Shown: one piece after another, positions 1 to 8,558 of the stretch
Numbering within the stretch: position 1 is the stretch's first letter
Layout of the letters: each line of letters begins with the position of its first letter
Source of the DNA: a virus
Taxonomy: Duplodnaviria > Caudoviricetes
Strand: one strand, 5' to 3'
IMG/VR virus record: IMGVR_UViG_2814123293_000008
Coordinates: 1-64,000 of that record
DNA length: 64,000 nucleotides
Made by a program: the position numbers and the translations under genes
The notes under the pieces: generated by a model
What the model was told of the DNA's origin: nothing
The model's input: the letters and a program-made list of their open reading frames with translations, nothing else
Databases searched by the model: none

Positions 1-228
1 ATGTTAAATCAGGAAATGAGAACTGTAACAATGAACCGCTCCGATATGCTCCGCGTGGCCCAGGCGCTCACCCATGTGGTGCTGAAATTCCGGGATGAGG
101 TCAGGACCGCTACGACGGAGGATCGCCGGCGGAGCGCCAAGTGCTCTCTGGATATGTGGGAGCGCATCCGCAGCGAGTTCGACCGTCAGATGGATGAGCA
201 GGACCCCGAGGAGTTCCGCCGCAAGTAA
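1..228 (+). CDS. Hypothetical phage accessory protein
   Basis: 75-aa ORF, first of a run of co-oriented small genes. Confidence 0.6.
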   Translation: MLNQEMRTVTMNRSDMLRVAQALTHVVLKFRDEVRTATTEDRRRSAKCSLDMWERIRSEFDRQMDEQDPEEFRRK

Positions 229-277
229 CCGCACTGCCCACCCCGGAGGTCACGAGGGCAGAAAGGACAGCTGACCT

Positions 278-736
278 ATGGAACGCAACAAGTACGAATT
301 GCTGCACGGAGTTCTCGCTCGCAAATATGTCGACATCCTCCGGGACTTCGAGGAAGCCCGTGATGACCGACGCGTCGCCTGGAACTGCTACCAGCAGATC
401 ATCGCCGCCTGCGAAGCCATGCGGGACAGCGGAATGGAAAACAACTTCATCTGCTGTGCGGTCAACAAGAGCATTTGGGAGCAGGAAGCGGAGATTGACG
501 AAATCATCACCCGGTTTACCGGCAAGGTTTACATGGGTGTCAAATGGGTAGACGTTCGGGAAGAGATGAAAGGTGAGAAATTCACCTACGGCTATGTGGA
601 CTGCGTAATCGGCATGATGGCCTCGAAAGAGGCGGCCCGGAAACTGCTCCGGGAGCAGCTCTACGATATGCGAAACGAGCTCACCAGGGAGCACTACTTC
701 GATATGTACGAATACATCAGCGCCAGAACGGCCTGA
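278..736 (+). CDS. Hypothetical phage protein
   Basis: 152-aa ORF with AAAGGA RBS at 262-267. Confidence 0.75.
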   Translation: MERNKYELLHGVLARKYVDILRDFEEARDDRRVAWNCYQQIIAACEAMRDSGMENNFICCAVNKSIWEQEAEIDEIITRFTGKVYMGVKWVDVREEMKGEKFTYGYVDCVIGMMASKEAARKLLREQLYDMRNELTREHYFDMYEYISARTA

Positions 737-794
737 CCCATCCATCAAACACAACGCCTGACCTACCGGGCCTACGGGGAGAAAGGAAAATACT

Positions 795-1175
795 ATGACT
801 AAGACCGAGTACATGAACACCATCAACGAGAAGCTGACCGCCGCCGAGGGCCTGTGCGCCGATCTGCGGAAGCTCCGGGGCCTCCAGAAGCTGGCCCAGT
901 CCATCGCCGGCTCCGACGCGCTGGTGTCCTTCGACGCCCTGGGCGAGACCATCGCCAACAAGGAGGCCGAGCTGAAGACCGTGCGCGGCGAGCTCCAGAA
1001 GGCCCGCCGAATCGTGAAGAAGATGGACGAGATCGAGGCCATCGAGGCCGGCACCGACAAGGCCCCCGCGCCCAAGAAGCAGACCTCGAAGAAGCCCGCG
1101 GCCAAGAAGCCCGCAAAGGCCAAGGCCGAGCAGGCCCCCAAGGAGCCCCAAGTCGCCGCCACCCCGGCGGCCTGA
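795..1175 (+). CDS. Hypothetical coiled-coil protein with Lys/Ala/Pro-rich tail
   Basis: RBS AAAGGA; strongly GC3-biased codons; tail PAPKKQTSKKPAAKKPAKAKA. Confidence 0.75.
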   Translation: MTKTEYMNTINEKLTAAEGLCADLRKLRGLQKLAQSIAGSDALVSFDALGETIANKEAELKTVRGELQKARRIVKKMDEIEAIEAGTDKAPAPKKQTSKKPAAKKPAKAKAEQAPKEPQVAATPAA

Positions 1176-1182
1176 AAAGGGG

Positions 1183-1401
1183 GTGTTGGACATGACCTAT
1201 CTGAAAATCTTGATGTACGCCCGGGCAGGAATCCAGGCGAAGATCGACGAGTACCGCGGAATGCAGGAAAAGGCCCTGGAGGGGGCCGGATCCCACGCCG
1301 GCGCGCAGGTGCTGGCTCGGAAGTGTCAGGACATGATTGACGATCTGGAGGTCGACATGGCCACCATCGACGAGCTCCAGGAGATCCACGACAGGAAGTG
1401 A
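1183..1401 (+). CDS. Hypothetical phage protein
   Basis: 72-aa ORF tightly packed in the operon, preceded by AAAGGGGG. Confidence 0.65.
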   Translation: MLDMTYLKILMYARAGIQAKIDEYRGMQEKALEGAGSHAGAQVLARKCQDMIDDLEVDMATIDELQEIHDRK

Positions 1402-1408
1402 GGCGGGC

Positions 1409-1663
1409 ATGGAGCTGAAAGACTACACCGTGGAATTTTGCCCCTGGTGCTGTGAGGAGGTCGTCATCCACGCCGCCGGCATCACTGCCTACCCGTCCTG
1501 TGGGAAGCCTCTGGCCCCCTGCTCTGTCTGCTGTGACACCTACGGCGGGTGCCAGGAGCCGTGCCCCTATGGATGCACCGGCGAAGGGGCGCACGAGCAA
1601 AAGCCTGTCACCACTCCGCCCATCACCCAAAAGGAAATCGACTCCGTTATGGCGAACTATTGA
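1409..1663 (+). CDS. Cys-rich putative zinc-binding protein
   Basis: ATG at 1409 after GAGGCGGG; CPWC, CSVC and further Cys pairs; one pair reads YPSC. Confidence 0.65.
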   Translation: MELKDYTVEFCPWCCEEVVIHAAGITAYPSCGKPLAPCSVCCDTYGGCQEPCPYGCTGEGAHEQKPVTTPPITQKEIDSVMANY

Positions 1664-1679
1664 ACAAGGAGGATTTGCT

Positions 1680-2138
1680 GTGAATGCCAAGGAATTGATT
1701 GAAGCCTTTGCCAAGCGCCAGCGCGAGGGGCGCTACCCCTGCCCCCGGTGCGGCCGCGACGTCATGGACGAGGAGCCGGCGCGGAATGCCATGAGCCGCC
1801 GGGCTCACGTCTATGTGTGCGACGAATGCGGAACGGTTGAGGCGTTGGAAGATATGCTCCACTCCGTAAAGCTCCCGCTGGAGGAATGGGCTCTGGTGAC
1901 AACCCCGATGCGCTGGGATGTATATTCGGAAAAGCTGGTACTTAGGCATATCGGTCGTGACAACTGGAGCAGACCGGTCTATGAGTGCGGCGGCCGCTTG
2001 TATGTCGACACAGATCCACGAGCCGACAGAAAGCCGGACATCTTCACGAAGCAGGGTAACGCCTTTGATGGAGAGCCGTGCGATCCGCTTCCAGATGGGA
2101 TCGAGGTGGAATTCGTCCCGCACCGGGATACCTGGTAA
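1680..2138 (+). CDS. Zn-ribbon-containing hypothetical protein
   Basis: GTG start after AAGGAGG; CPRC and CDEC pairs; C-terminal GRDNWSRPVY segment. Confidence 0.7.
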   Translation: MNAKELIEAFAKRQREGRYPCPRCGRDVMDEEPARNAMSRRAHVYVCDECGTVEALEDMLHSVKLPLEEWALVTTPMRWDVYSEKLVLRHIGRDNWSRPVYECGGRLYVDTDPRADRKPDIFTKQGNAFDGEPCDPLPDGIEVEFVPHRDTW

Positions 2139-2140
2139 CA

Positions 2141-2200
2141 CCCGCCTGATGATGGCCATCTGGGCACTGGCCGAAACGCCCCTCCCCGGGGCGTCGCGGG
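2141..2200 (+). ncRNA. Type I hammerhead ribozyme
   Basis: Stem I CCCGC(2141-45)/GCGGG(2196-2200); core CUGAUGA(2146-52) plus an extra U; stem II GGCCA/UGGCC; GAAA; stem III ACGCCCC/GGGGCGU; GUC cleavage triplet ending at 2195. Confidence 0.88.
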
Positions 2201-2274
2201 AACCCGTCGGCACAGGGGAGAATCGCCGCCCCTTTTACATACATAACCTTGAGAACAAAATAGAAGGTATGCGT

Positions 2275-2487
2275 ATGAAGCATTACACGAAAAAGGAGTG
2301 GGACAAGATGGTGAAACAGTGCCCAAGCTATTTCGGGAAATGGGAACCAACCCCGTTTAACCTTGGCCGCATAGCGGCCGGAGAATTATCCGCTGAATAC
2401 ATAGGACGCAGAAATATGATGACCTATGAGCCGGAGTCGGGGACGGTTTTACTGACAGAGGGTGTGCATTTCACCATAGAGGAGTGA
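2275..2487 (+). CDS. Hypothetical phage protein
   Basis: ATG after GAAGGT; stop overlaps the next start. Confidence 0.6.
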   Translation: MKHYTKKEWDKMVKQCPSYFGKWEPTPFNLGRIAAGELSAEYIGRRNMMTYEPESGTVLLTEGVHFTIEE

Positions 2488-2813
2488 CGGCAATGAGTAG
2501 AGACTGGACCCCCGCAGAGCTTCAGGACGTCAGTGCCGCTATGGAGTCCCGGGGTGAAATGGGCTATGAGGAATTCTGCCGACATCTGGAACTTTGCACC
2601 AAAAAGGTCGTGGTCGTCCACCTGGACGACGGCGATACCATCACCACCAGAATCCACGGTACTGACGAAGACATCCGTGACTATTACCGGATCGGCTCTA
2701 TGTTAAATATGGGGGCCGGGTACGACAGGCTAGTGGAGGTCGTGGCGGTGGACATCACTGAGTTTCCTGGAAATGCCTTGTGCGCCCCCGTAAACAAGTT
2801 GCAACAGCCGTAA
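2484..2813 (+). CDS. Hypothetical phage protein
   Basis: 109-aa ORF, GTGA overlap with the previous gene. Confidence 0.6.
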   Translation: MTAMSRDWTPAELQDVSAAMESRGEMGYEEFCRHLELCTKKVVVVHLDDGDTITTRIHGTDEDIRDYYRIGSMLNMGAGYDRLVEVVAVDITEFPGNALCAPVNKLQQP

Positions 2814-2892
2814 GATGGAGCAGGAGTGTAGATGCCCGCCCGGAAGCAAAGGCGCGATGTAGGGCCTCTCGCGCGCTTTTACCCACAAAACG

Positions 2893-2940
2893 CAAAAAGC
2901 CCCCCTCGCAGGATGCAAAAATCCTGCAAGGGGGGCTTTG
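2893..2940. terminator. Bidirectional intrinsic terminator between convergent accessory and lysis units
   Basis: AAAGCCCCCCT-c-GCAGGAT / ATCCTGC-a-AGGGGGGCTTT hairpin with A-run and T-run flanks. Confidence 0.8.
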
Positions 2941-2953
2941 TCATGGTGAGAAA

Positions 2954-3271
2954 TCACCCGATCCCGATACTAGCCAGAAGATACCCTATCGCGCCCGTAA
3001 TGAGAGCCGCCACGACCGTCTCCCACCGCTTGGACGGCTTCTCTTTCAAGGCGTTCAGGTCGGCCGACATTGAGGACAGCCGGTCGATGATATTGCCGTA
3101 CTGTGTGGTAACCGTGGCCATACCACGTTCCAGCTCACCCAGCCGATCATAGATTTTTTCGCGCGCAAGTGAGCTATGCTGCTTCTGTGCCTCTAACGCC
3201 CGCTCCAGTGCCTCCACGCGGGCGATGGACACACAATTTACCCCATTGATAGGGCAATCGTTTTCGGGCAT
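2954..3271 (-). CDS. Lysis-cassette membrane protein (coiled coil plus C-terminal TM)
   Basis: Coiled coil then KRWETVVAALITGAIGYLL; directly downstream of the holin. Confidence 0.7.
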   Translation of the reverse strand: MPENDCPINGVNCVSIARVEALERALEAQKQHSSLAREKIYDRLGELERGMATVTTQYGNIIDRLSSMSADLNALKEKPSKRWETVVAALITGAIGYLLASIGIG

Positions 3272-3273
3272 AC

Positions 3274-3546
3274 TCAGCCCTCCCTGTCGTCCTTTGGCTT
3301 GTGGTAGGTGAGGGCCTGTGCGCTATCCCCCAGCCCTTTAGTGGTTGGGTCGGTGGTAACACCCACCAGGGCCAGCACGCCAAATACGGCCGTGACCAGG
3401 GCAGTGAGCGCCTGCTGCCAGCTCCCGGCCTCGGCGGTGATGTCCACCCCAAAGAGCTGTGCCATACCCACCGCAAACGCGCCGAGCACGCCGATGAGCC
3501 CTGTCCAGAACGCGGGGCTCTTCAGTCTGACTTTCCAGTTGATCAT
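3274..3546 (-). CDS. Holin (phiLC3-like)
   Basis: MINWKVRLKSPAFW N-terminus, two TM segments, DPTTKGLGDS C-terminus. Confidence 0.88.
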   Translation of the reverse strand: MINWKVRLKSPAFWTGLIGVLGAFAVGMAQLFGVDITAEAGSWQQALTALVTAVFGVLALVGVTTDPTTKGLGDSAQALTYHKPKDDREG

Positions 3547-3564
3547 GTCATGTACCTTCCTTTC

Positions 3565-5046
3565 TCAAAGCGAGGCCGCCCACTTGATGATGAGTGCCTG
3601 CACGTTTGCGGCGGAGTATACCCCGCCCTTCCAGTAATCCGGGCTGTTAATAAGCCCAGCGGCAGCCAGCTTGTCCACAGCGGCACCCAGCTCGGACACA
3701 CCGGCCGTCTTTCCCCGGCACAGAGCCAAGAAGCCCTCCCAGGCCCCGGTGGTGGACCGGATGGTCTTGGGGCAGTCCTTGCCGTTCCAGTGGGCATGCT
3801 GCACCACTCGGTCGATGGGGATACCGTGCTCCTCCATGAGCAGGCGCACCAGGCTGGCGGCATTGGCCTGAGCCTGGGCAAAATCACCCCCGGCGTTGAC
3901 GCAGATCTCGATGCCGATGCTGGTGGCGTTGCCCGGCCCGTCCTTGCCGTCCCCGGCATGGTAGGCCGTCTCGTAGTCGGGCAGGTGCTGGACAATGGCG
4001 TGGTCGTCCACGGTGTAGTGCCAGCTCACCAGGTCGCGCTCCCCGGCATCGCTGTCCAGGTAGGCGGCGTGAGCCGCGGCGTCGGCGCCCTTGGCCGCGT
4101 TGCCGGTCTCGTGGATGGTGATGTACCTACAGGGATTGCTGCCTCCGGGCCGATTATCCGCCCCTGGGGCGATAAGGTGCGTCTGGATGGCGAGGCCCGT
4201 GTCTGTGGCCCTCTGAGGGCCCTCCACGGCCTTCAGATAGGCCAGGGACACCCAGCCCTTATCTGTCCTGCCCCAGCCGTCCCTGGCCTCCAGCACGTCC
4301 ACCACGGTGCCCATGGGGTACGCCCCCACCTTGCCGTAGTTGGTGCCGGGCCCTTTTCGGATGTTGACGCCGATGCTGGGCGTCACGGTATACTTGCCCA
4401 TACTCTCCTCCTTGTCCGGCGGCTCCTGGCCGCCCTCCGTCGTCCAGATACACAGATAGCCCCTGACCCGCTTACCGTTGCTGATGCGCTGGCCGTCCCC
4501 AAAGTCGCAGTTGGAGGAGCTGCCTGCGTCGAGGCCCAAGGCCCGCAGGTTGGCCGCCTGGTCGTACCGGCAGCCGATGCTCACCAGTTCGTCCCGCAGC
4601 GCCTCGGGGGTCTTGGCGTCGCGGGTGCCGTCGCCGGAGCAATACAGGATCACCCGCGCCCCGGCCAGGAGAGCGGCGGAGCGCCCCCGTGTGCCCCCGT
4701 ACTCCGGGGAGTAGCTGAGGGCCTTACCCGGCCCCCTGGTGGGCGTCAGCAGCTCTACGCCGCTGAGGTAGGAGGCACCGCCGTTGTCGGGTACGATGTC
4801 CATGCGGATGTCGGCGCCCTTGTCCCAGGTCAGCCCCCAGCAATTCCAGCCGGCCGTGGCCTTGACCGTGCCGTCGATCTTGAGATTGCCGACGGGCTTC
4901 CCGGTGATTGTGTGATAAAACCAGCTATTGATGATGTACTGGCACCCGCAGGCGGCCTTGACCTGCTCCATAGACCGTCCCCCAGCCTCCACCAGGGCGG
5001 CGCGGGTGATGTCCGCCCTGGTGATGACCGCTATGTACTTACTCAT
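3565..5046 (-). CDS. Modular endolysin: phosphodiester-glycosidase (NAGPA)-like domain + SH3b + Amidase_2 + C-terminal domain
   Basis: ITIHET, SWHYTVD, AYHAGD, SIGIE, QHAHW..KDCP amidase motifs; VNIRKGPGTNY SH3b; RGRSAA and GLDAGSSS NAGPA-like motifs. Confidence 0.85.
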   Translation of the reverse strand: MSKYIAVITRADITRAALVEAGGRSMEQVKAACGCQYIINSWFYHTITGKPVGNLKIDGTVKATAGWNCWGLTWDKGADIRMDIVPDNGGASYLSGVELLTPTRGPGKALSYSPEYGGTRGRSAALLAGARVILYCSGDGTRDAKTPEALRDELVSIGCRYDQAANLRALGLDAGSSSNCDFGDGQRISNGKRVRGYLCIWTTEGGQEPPDKEESMGKYTVTPSIGVNIRKGPGTNYGKVGAYPMGTVVDVLEARDGWGRTDKGWVSLAYLKAVEGPQRATDTGLAIQTHLIAPGADNRPGGSNPCRYITIHETGNAAKGADAAAHAAYLDSDAGERDLVSWHYTVDDHAIVQHLPDYETAYHAGDGKDGPGNATSIGIEICVNAGGDFAQAQANAASLVRLLMEEHGIPIDRVVQHAHWNGKDCPKTIRSTTGAWEGFLALCRGKTAGVSELGAAVDKLAAAGLINSPDYWKGGVYSAANVQALIIKWAASL

Positions 5047-5401
5047 GGTCGCTGGGCTTCTCGCCGTTGATGGGACCGGGGTCGGCGGCGTTCTCCATCA
5101 GCTCAATCATGCCCTGATAGTCCTTTGCATTCCACAGGGCGGCCAGGGCCTTGACGTTACCCTGGCGCTTTCTGATCCAGGCGTTAAATTCGTCGTTCTC
5201 CGCGGCCAGATCTGCGTCGGCGCCCAGTGCTGCCCAGCCAGGCCGAAAGGCCGCGGGCAGATTTTCCGCGCCGGGATGCTCCACCCTGCCGTGGCGGATG
5301 TTGTTTTGCACCATGCTGCCGCCTACACCCACATCCACATCGTTGGCGTTGGCGATCGCGTAGCAGGCGGGGGTGAGCTCGTTCCAGTTGATGTTTTTCA
5401 T
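5039..5401 (-). CDS. Hypothetical protein between tail and lysis genes
   Basis: ATG at 5401 after AAAGGA; stop overlaps the endolysin start. Confidence 0.65.
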   Translation of the reverse strand: MKNINWNELTPACYAIANANDVDVGVGGSMVQNNIRHGRVEHPGAENLPAAFRPGWAALGADADLAAENDEFNAWIRKRQGNVKALAALWNAKDYQGMIELMENAADPGPINGEKPSDHE

Positions 5402-5439
5402 GATAAAGATTCCTTTCATTTTTACGGCCTTTGGCCGGT

Positions 5440-5637
5440 TTAAACGGTTTCAGGGGCGGGTTCGTAGGTTTCGCCAATGTACTGCTGATACTCTTCCTGG
5501 GTGATGACGCCGTCGGCCACATCGGCCCGCGCCAGGGTGCGCACGTCCTCCTTTACGGGGTCAAGGACGCTTTCAAAGGTGCGTGCCCCCCGTTTGATGC
5601 TGCGCCAGTAGCTGTGTGCGATTGCTTTTACTGCCAT
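5440..5637 (-). CDS. XkdX/CD1375-like small tail-associated protein
   Basis: ITQEEYQQYIGETY motif; position after the tail fibre genes. Confidence 0.65.
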   Translation of the reverse strand: MAVKAIAHSYWRSIKRGARTFESVLDPVKEDVRTLARADVADGVITQEEYQQYIGETYEPAPETV

Positions 5638-5642
5638 TGCTT

Positions 5643-6023
5643 TCAACCTCCTAGCATTTCATATATATCCAGCAACGCATCGTCCTGCTGTGCGTTGATA
5701 GATTCCTGTTCGGCCCGGCTCTCAAAGAGCGCGATAGCGGTTTCATCAGTCTGCGCCAGAGCTTCCTCCAGGGCCGCCACTCGTTCTTCTACAGATGGCG
5801 GCTCAGGTTCCGGCTCCGGCTCAGGGGGCCGCTCGGTGGGAGTGATGCCCACCAGTACCCCCTCCTCAATCTGGAGGTCACACCAGCCATAGGTCGCCCA
5901 CACCGCGTCATGGAGGTGGGCGGGCACCTCAATCCAGCCCTCCAGCCAGCAGGCGCGCCGCCCGCTCTGGCTCTGGATCGGGTGCTGGCCGGTTTCCAGC
6001 GGGTCAATTTGGATGATGGTCAT
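5643..6023 (-). CDS. Putative tail fibre assembly protein
   Basis: EPEPEP linker then EERVAALEEAL coiled coil; follows the tail fibre; GGAGGT RBS. Confidence 0.6.
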   Translation of the reverse strand: MTIIQIDPLETGQHPIQSQSGRRACWLEGWIEVPAHLHDAVWATYGWCDLQIEEGVLVGITPTERPPEPEPEPEPPSVEERVAALEEALAQTDETAIALFESRAEQESINAQQDDALLDIYEMLGG

Positions 6024-6039
6024 AGCTTCTACCTCCGTT

Positions 6040-8541
6040 TTAGCCAAATGCGACAAAGTGATATTTCTCGTTAGGGTTTGTAGCGTTGTTGGGTATATAA
6101 AACCCTGTATCAGTTATCGTTATACCATCTTTATTTGACACGTCATTTTTGTTCCAACGCCATGATAATCCTGGTAATGCTGCATATCTTGCGACTGAAT
6201 TATCTTCGCTTAAAGCAACAATATATTGCGGCTTAAACCCAAGTTCTATATTGTTTATTGGGTCGCTTGTTGTTGGTTGCCGTCCAACAAAAACTCCCGT
6301 AGCCATTTTGGTGTTTTGGGGTCTACCCCTCCCCCATACCTGGAGCACCCCGGCCAGCACGCCAGCGCCGTACACTCCGGGGCTGCTGATAACCTGCCCC
6401 TCCGTCACCCAGTCCGCCGCCACGGTGCCGGAGTAGATGACCTCGATACTCTGTCCGGCTGTACCGCTCTTGAGGGCGATGGCGTCCTGGCTACCGTTGA
6501 TAAAGCTGCCCGCGATCTGGTTGCCGGAGGCGGTCAAAATGGTGGAGGTTCCGTAACCAGAGTTGCCTGCAGCAGAATAACAAAGCAGCACTTGCTTATT
6601 GGCTATTGCCGTAATATCTAACGATTTAGATGTGCCGCTTGAGTGCAAAAATTTGTAGGTTGCAGCAAGCGATAATTCGCTTCCTTCATTAAGTAGAAGG
6701 TACGCATTTCCGTTTTCACATGAGACAACACAAGCTCCTGGAATCTGTGCGATTGTATTCTCAATCACACCTGATGTACTTGTAATTTGTAATGGAGCGA
6801 ATCGTGGAATGATAGTGTTGCCAGATACGATGCATGTCCTCGCCGCGACCCCTACAGGGCTGCTTGAGTAATAAGATATGACAACATTTCCTTTTTGGTT
6901 TGATGCACACCTCGGCTTTGCTGTATAAGTGTCATTGAATACCGCCACATCGCCCCACGTCACCGCATTTGAGCTGTCAACGGCGGCAATGAGCACCTTT
7001 CCTTTATTCCCATCGTTCAAATCGACATAGCAGATGCATACACGCCCATCGTTCATGGATGTCGCAGAGATTTCGCCTGATGACTCACCCGTAATATCTC
7101 TCGTATATATACTCCCGAGACTGGAGGAAGACAGAGTGAACACTCTCATCCGCAACTTATTTGATCCAGCAATGAGAGCGCTGTAGACAACTGCTACCCG
7201 ACCGTTTGTCAGCTCTGCGAGTGCGAAGAGATTATAAAATGCGGTATCTACGCTTTCACTTTGTGAAAAGGAAATGCTGTTTCCAGAAACTGTACCAAGC
7301 TTTACATATAGTGCACGGTTTTCTACATACCCTATCAAAAACTGCGTATCGCTCAGACGGGCGATACTAAGGCCGGTTATCGTCGTTTCATTTGCGTAAT
7401 TGTTGTCTCCGACTTTTTTCCCGGTTTTTTTGCTTATAAGGAATGCAGCGTGGTTAAAACCATTATCTTTAGAATTTGCGACAACTGCGTATTCCGAATT
7501 TAAATCACACAAGGCCATATGGGTTACTGCGCGTTCCAGCAACACCGTCTCTACATTTGCCACCGGCGTGAGGGTCTTCTGCGCCTTCCCTTCCACCACA
7601 TCCACCACGTCGCCCGCCTGGATGCTCTGGCCCTCTGCGATGGGATAGGTGCCCTTGACCGCACGGGAGGCCCCCACCTGCTCTGCCGTGACGGCATGGG
7701 GGTTGTTCTTGTTCCCGGTGTGGGCGGTCAGGGCCTGCTGCACCGCCTCCGCGCTGCCCGCCGGGTCATAGTCCATCTTTGGGAGCTGCCCGGCGGGCAC
7801 CTTGCCATCGGGCCCCAGCGTCGCCACGCCATTAGGCGCGCCCTTCTCGGTGATGGGAACCGCCCCGGTATCTGCCGCCGACGGTATCCAGCTTTCCGGC
7901 CTCGCCCCTACCATTTCCGCGGTATAGTCTCCCTCGGCGGGAACCACGGCTCCGCTGCGTCCGTTGAAGGTCATCACGCCGCCGCCTGCCTGGGGGACTG
8001 CGTTGCCCTCCTCGTCAAAGCCTACCACCTGGCCCGGGGTGCCCGTCAGTTTGTCCTGCTTGGTCCTGACGGCTTCGGTGATGGCGGCTGTCATATCCCC
8101 CTGCGTGACGCAGGCGCTGGTGTCGACCGTCACCGTCCAGGTGCCGGTGTTGGAGCAGGAGATCAGCGCATAGAAGGTGTAGACGAAATCCGGAGATTCC
8201 GTCTTGCTAGGGATGGGAATGCCCTGCTCCAGCTGGAACAGGGCGAGCATGGCGGGCGACCCGCCATCCACGCTGGCAGATACGCGGAACTGATTCAGCG
8301 TGTAAGCCGTATCCGGCGCGGCGATGCGGAGCTTCAGGCGGATGCCGGAGGCTACCTTCTCGCCGCCCAGCAGGCTTGCCACCTGCTTCTCATTGACAAG
8401 GGCAGTCTGCGCCATCATCGCCACCTCAGCGACGGTGCCCTGACCCGAAGCCGCGCTGTCGAAGTTCAGAGTTTTTTCGTTCACCCACTCATTGAGCAGT
8501 CTGTTCCCGGCGTTGGTGATGACGCCGTTCCATGTTGCCAT
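6040..8541 (-). CDS. Tail fibre / receptor-binding protein with probable beta-propeller insert
   Basis: N-terminus MATWNGVITNAG of baseplate-attachment type; follows the gpI-like gene; roughly 50-aa blade-like repeats in the central AT-rich part. Confidence 0.85.
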   Translation of the reverse strand: MATWNGVITNAGNRLLNEWVNEKTLNFDSAASGQGTVAEVAMMAQTALVNEKQVASLLGGEKVASGIRLKLRIAAPDTAYTLNQFRVSASVDGGSPAMLALFQLEQGIPIPSKTESPDFVYTFYALISCSNTGTWTVTVDTSACVTQGDMTAAITEAVRTKQDKLTGTPGQVVGFDEEGNAVPQAGGGVMTFNGRSGAVVPAEGDYTAEMVGARPESWIPSAADTGAVPITEKGAPNGVATLGPDGKVPAGQLPKMDYDPAGSAEAVQQALTAHTGNKNNPHAVTAEQVGASRAVKGTYPIAEGQSIQAGDVVDVVEGKAQKTLTPVANVETVLLERAVTHMALCDLNSEYAVVANSKDNGFNHAAFLISKKTGKKVGDNNYANETTITGLSIARLSDTQFLIGYVENRALYVKLGTVSGNSISFSQSESVDTAFYNLFALAELTNGRVAVVYSALIAGSNKLRMRVFTLSSSSLGSIYTRDITGESSGEISATSMNDGRVCICYVDLNDGNKGKVLIAAVDSSNAVTWGDVAVFNDTYTAKPRCASNQKGNVVISYYSSSPVGVAARTCIVSGNTIIPRFAPLQITSTSGVIENTIAQIPGACVVSCENGNAYLLLNEGSELSLAATYKFLHSSGTSKSLDITAIANKQVLLCYSAAGNSGYGTSTILTASGNQIAGSFINGSQDAIALKSGTAGQSIEVIYSGTVAADWVTEGQVISSPGVYGAGVLAGVLQVWGRGRPQNTKMATGVFVGRQPTTSDPINNIELGFKPQYIVALSEDNSVARYAALPGLSWRWNKNDVSNKDGITITDTGFYIPNNATNPNEKYHFVAFG

Positions 8542-8558
8542 AGTAGGACACCTCCGTT

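Noticed and set aside
110-5070. Long ORFs 110-1714 (-) and 3301-5070 (+)
   Set aside because: They overlap well-supported genes on the opposite strand and have Arg/Pro/Gly-rich off-frame composition.
5039-8541. Diversity-generating retroelement targeting the tail fibre
   Set aside because: No reverse transcriptase ORF and no template/variable repeat pair seen in the window; the variable-looking blocks are better explained as swapped modules.
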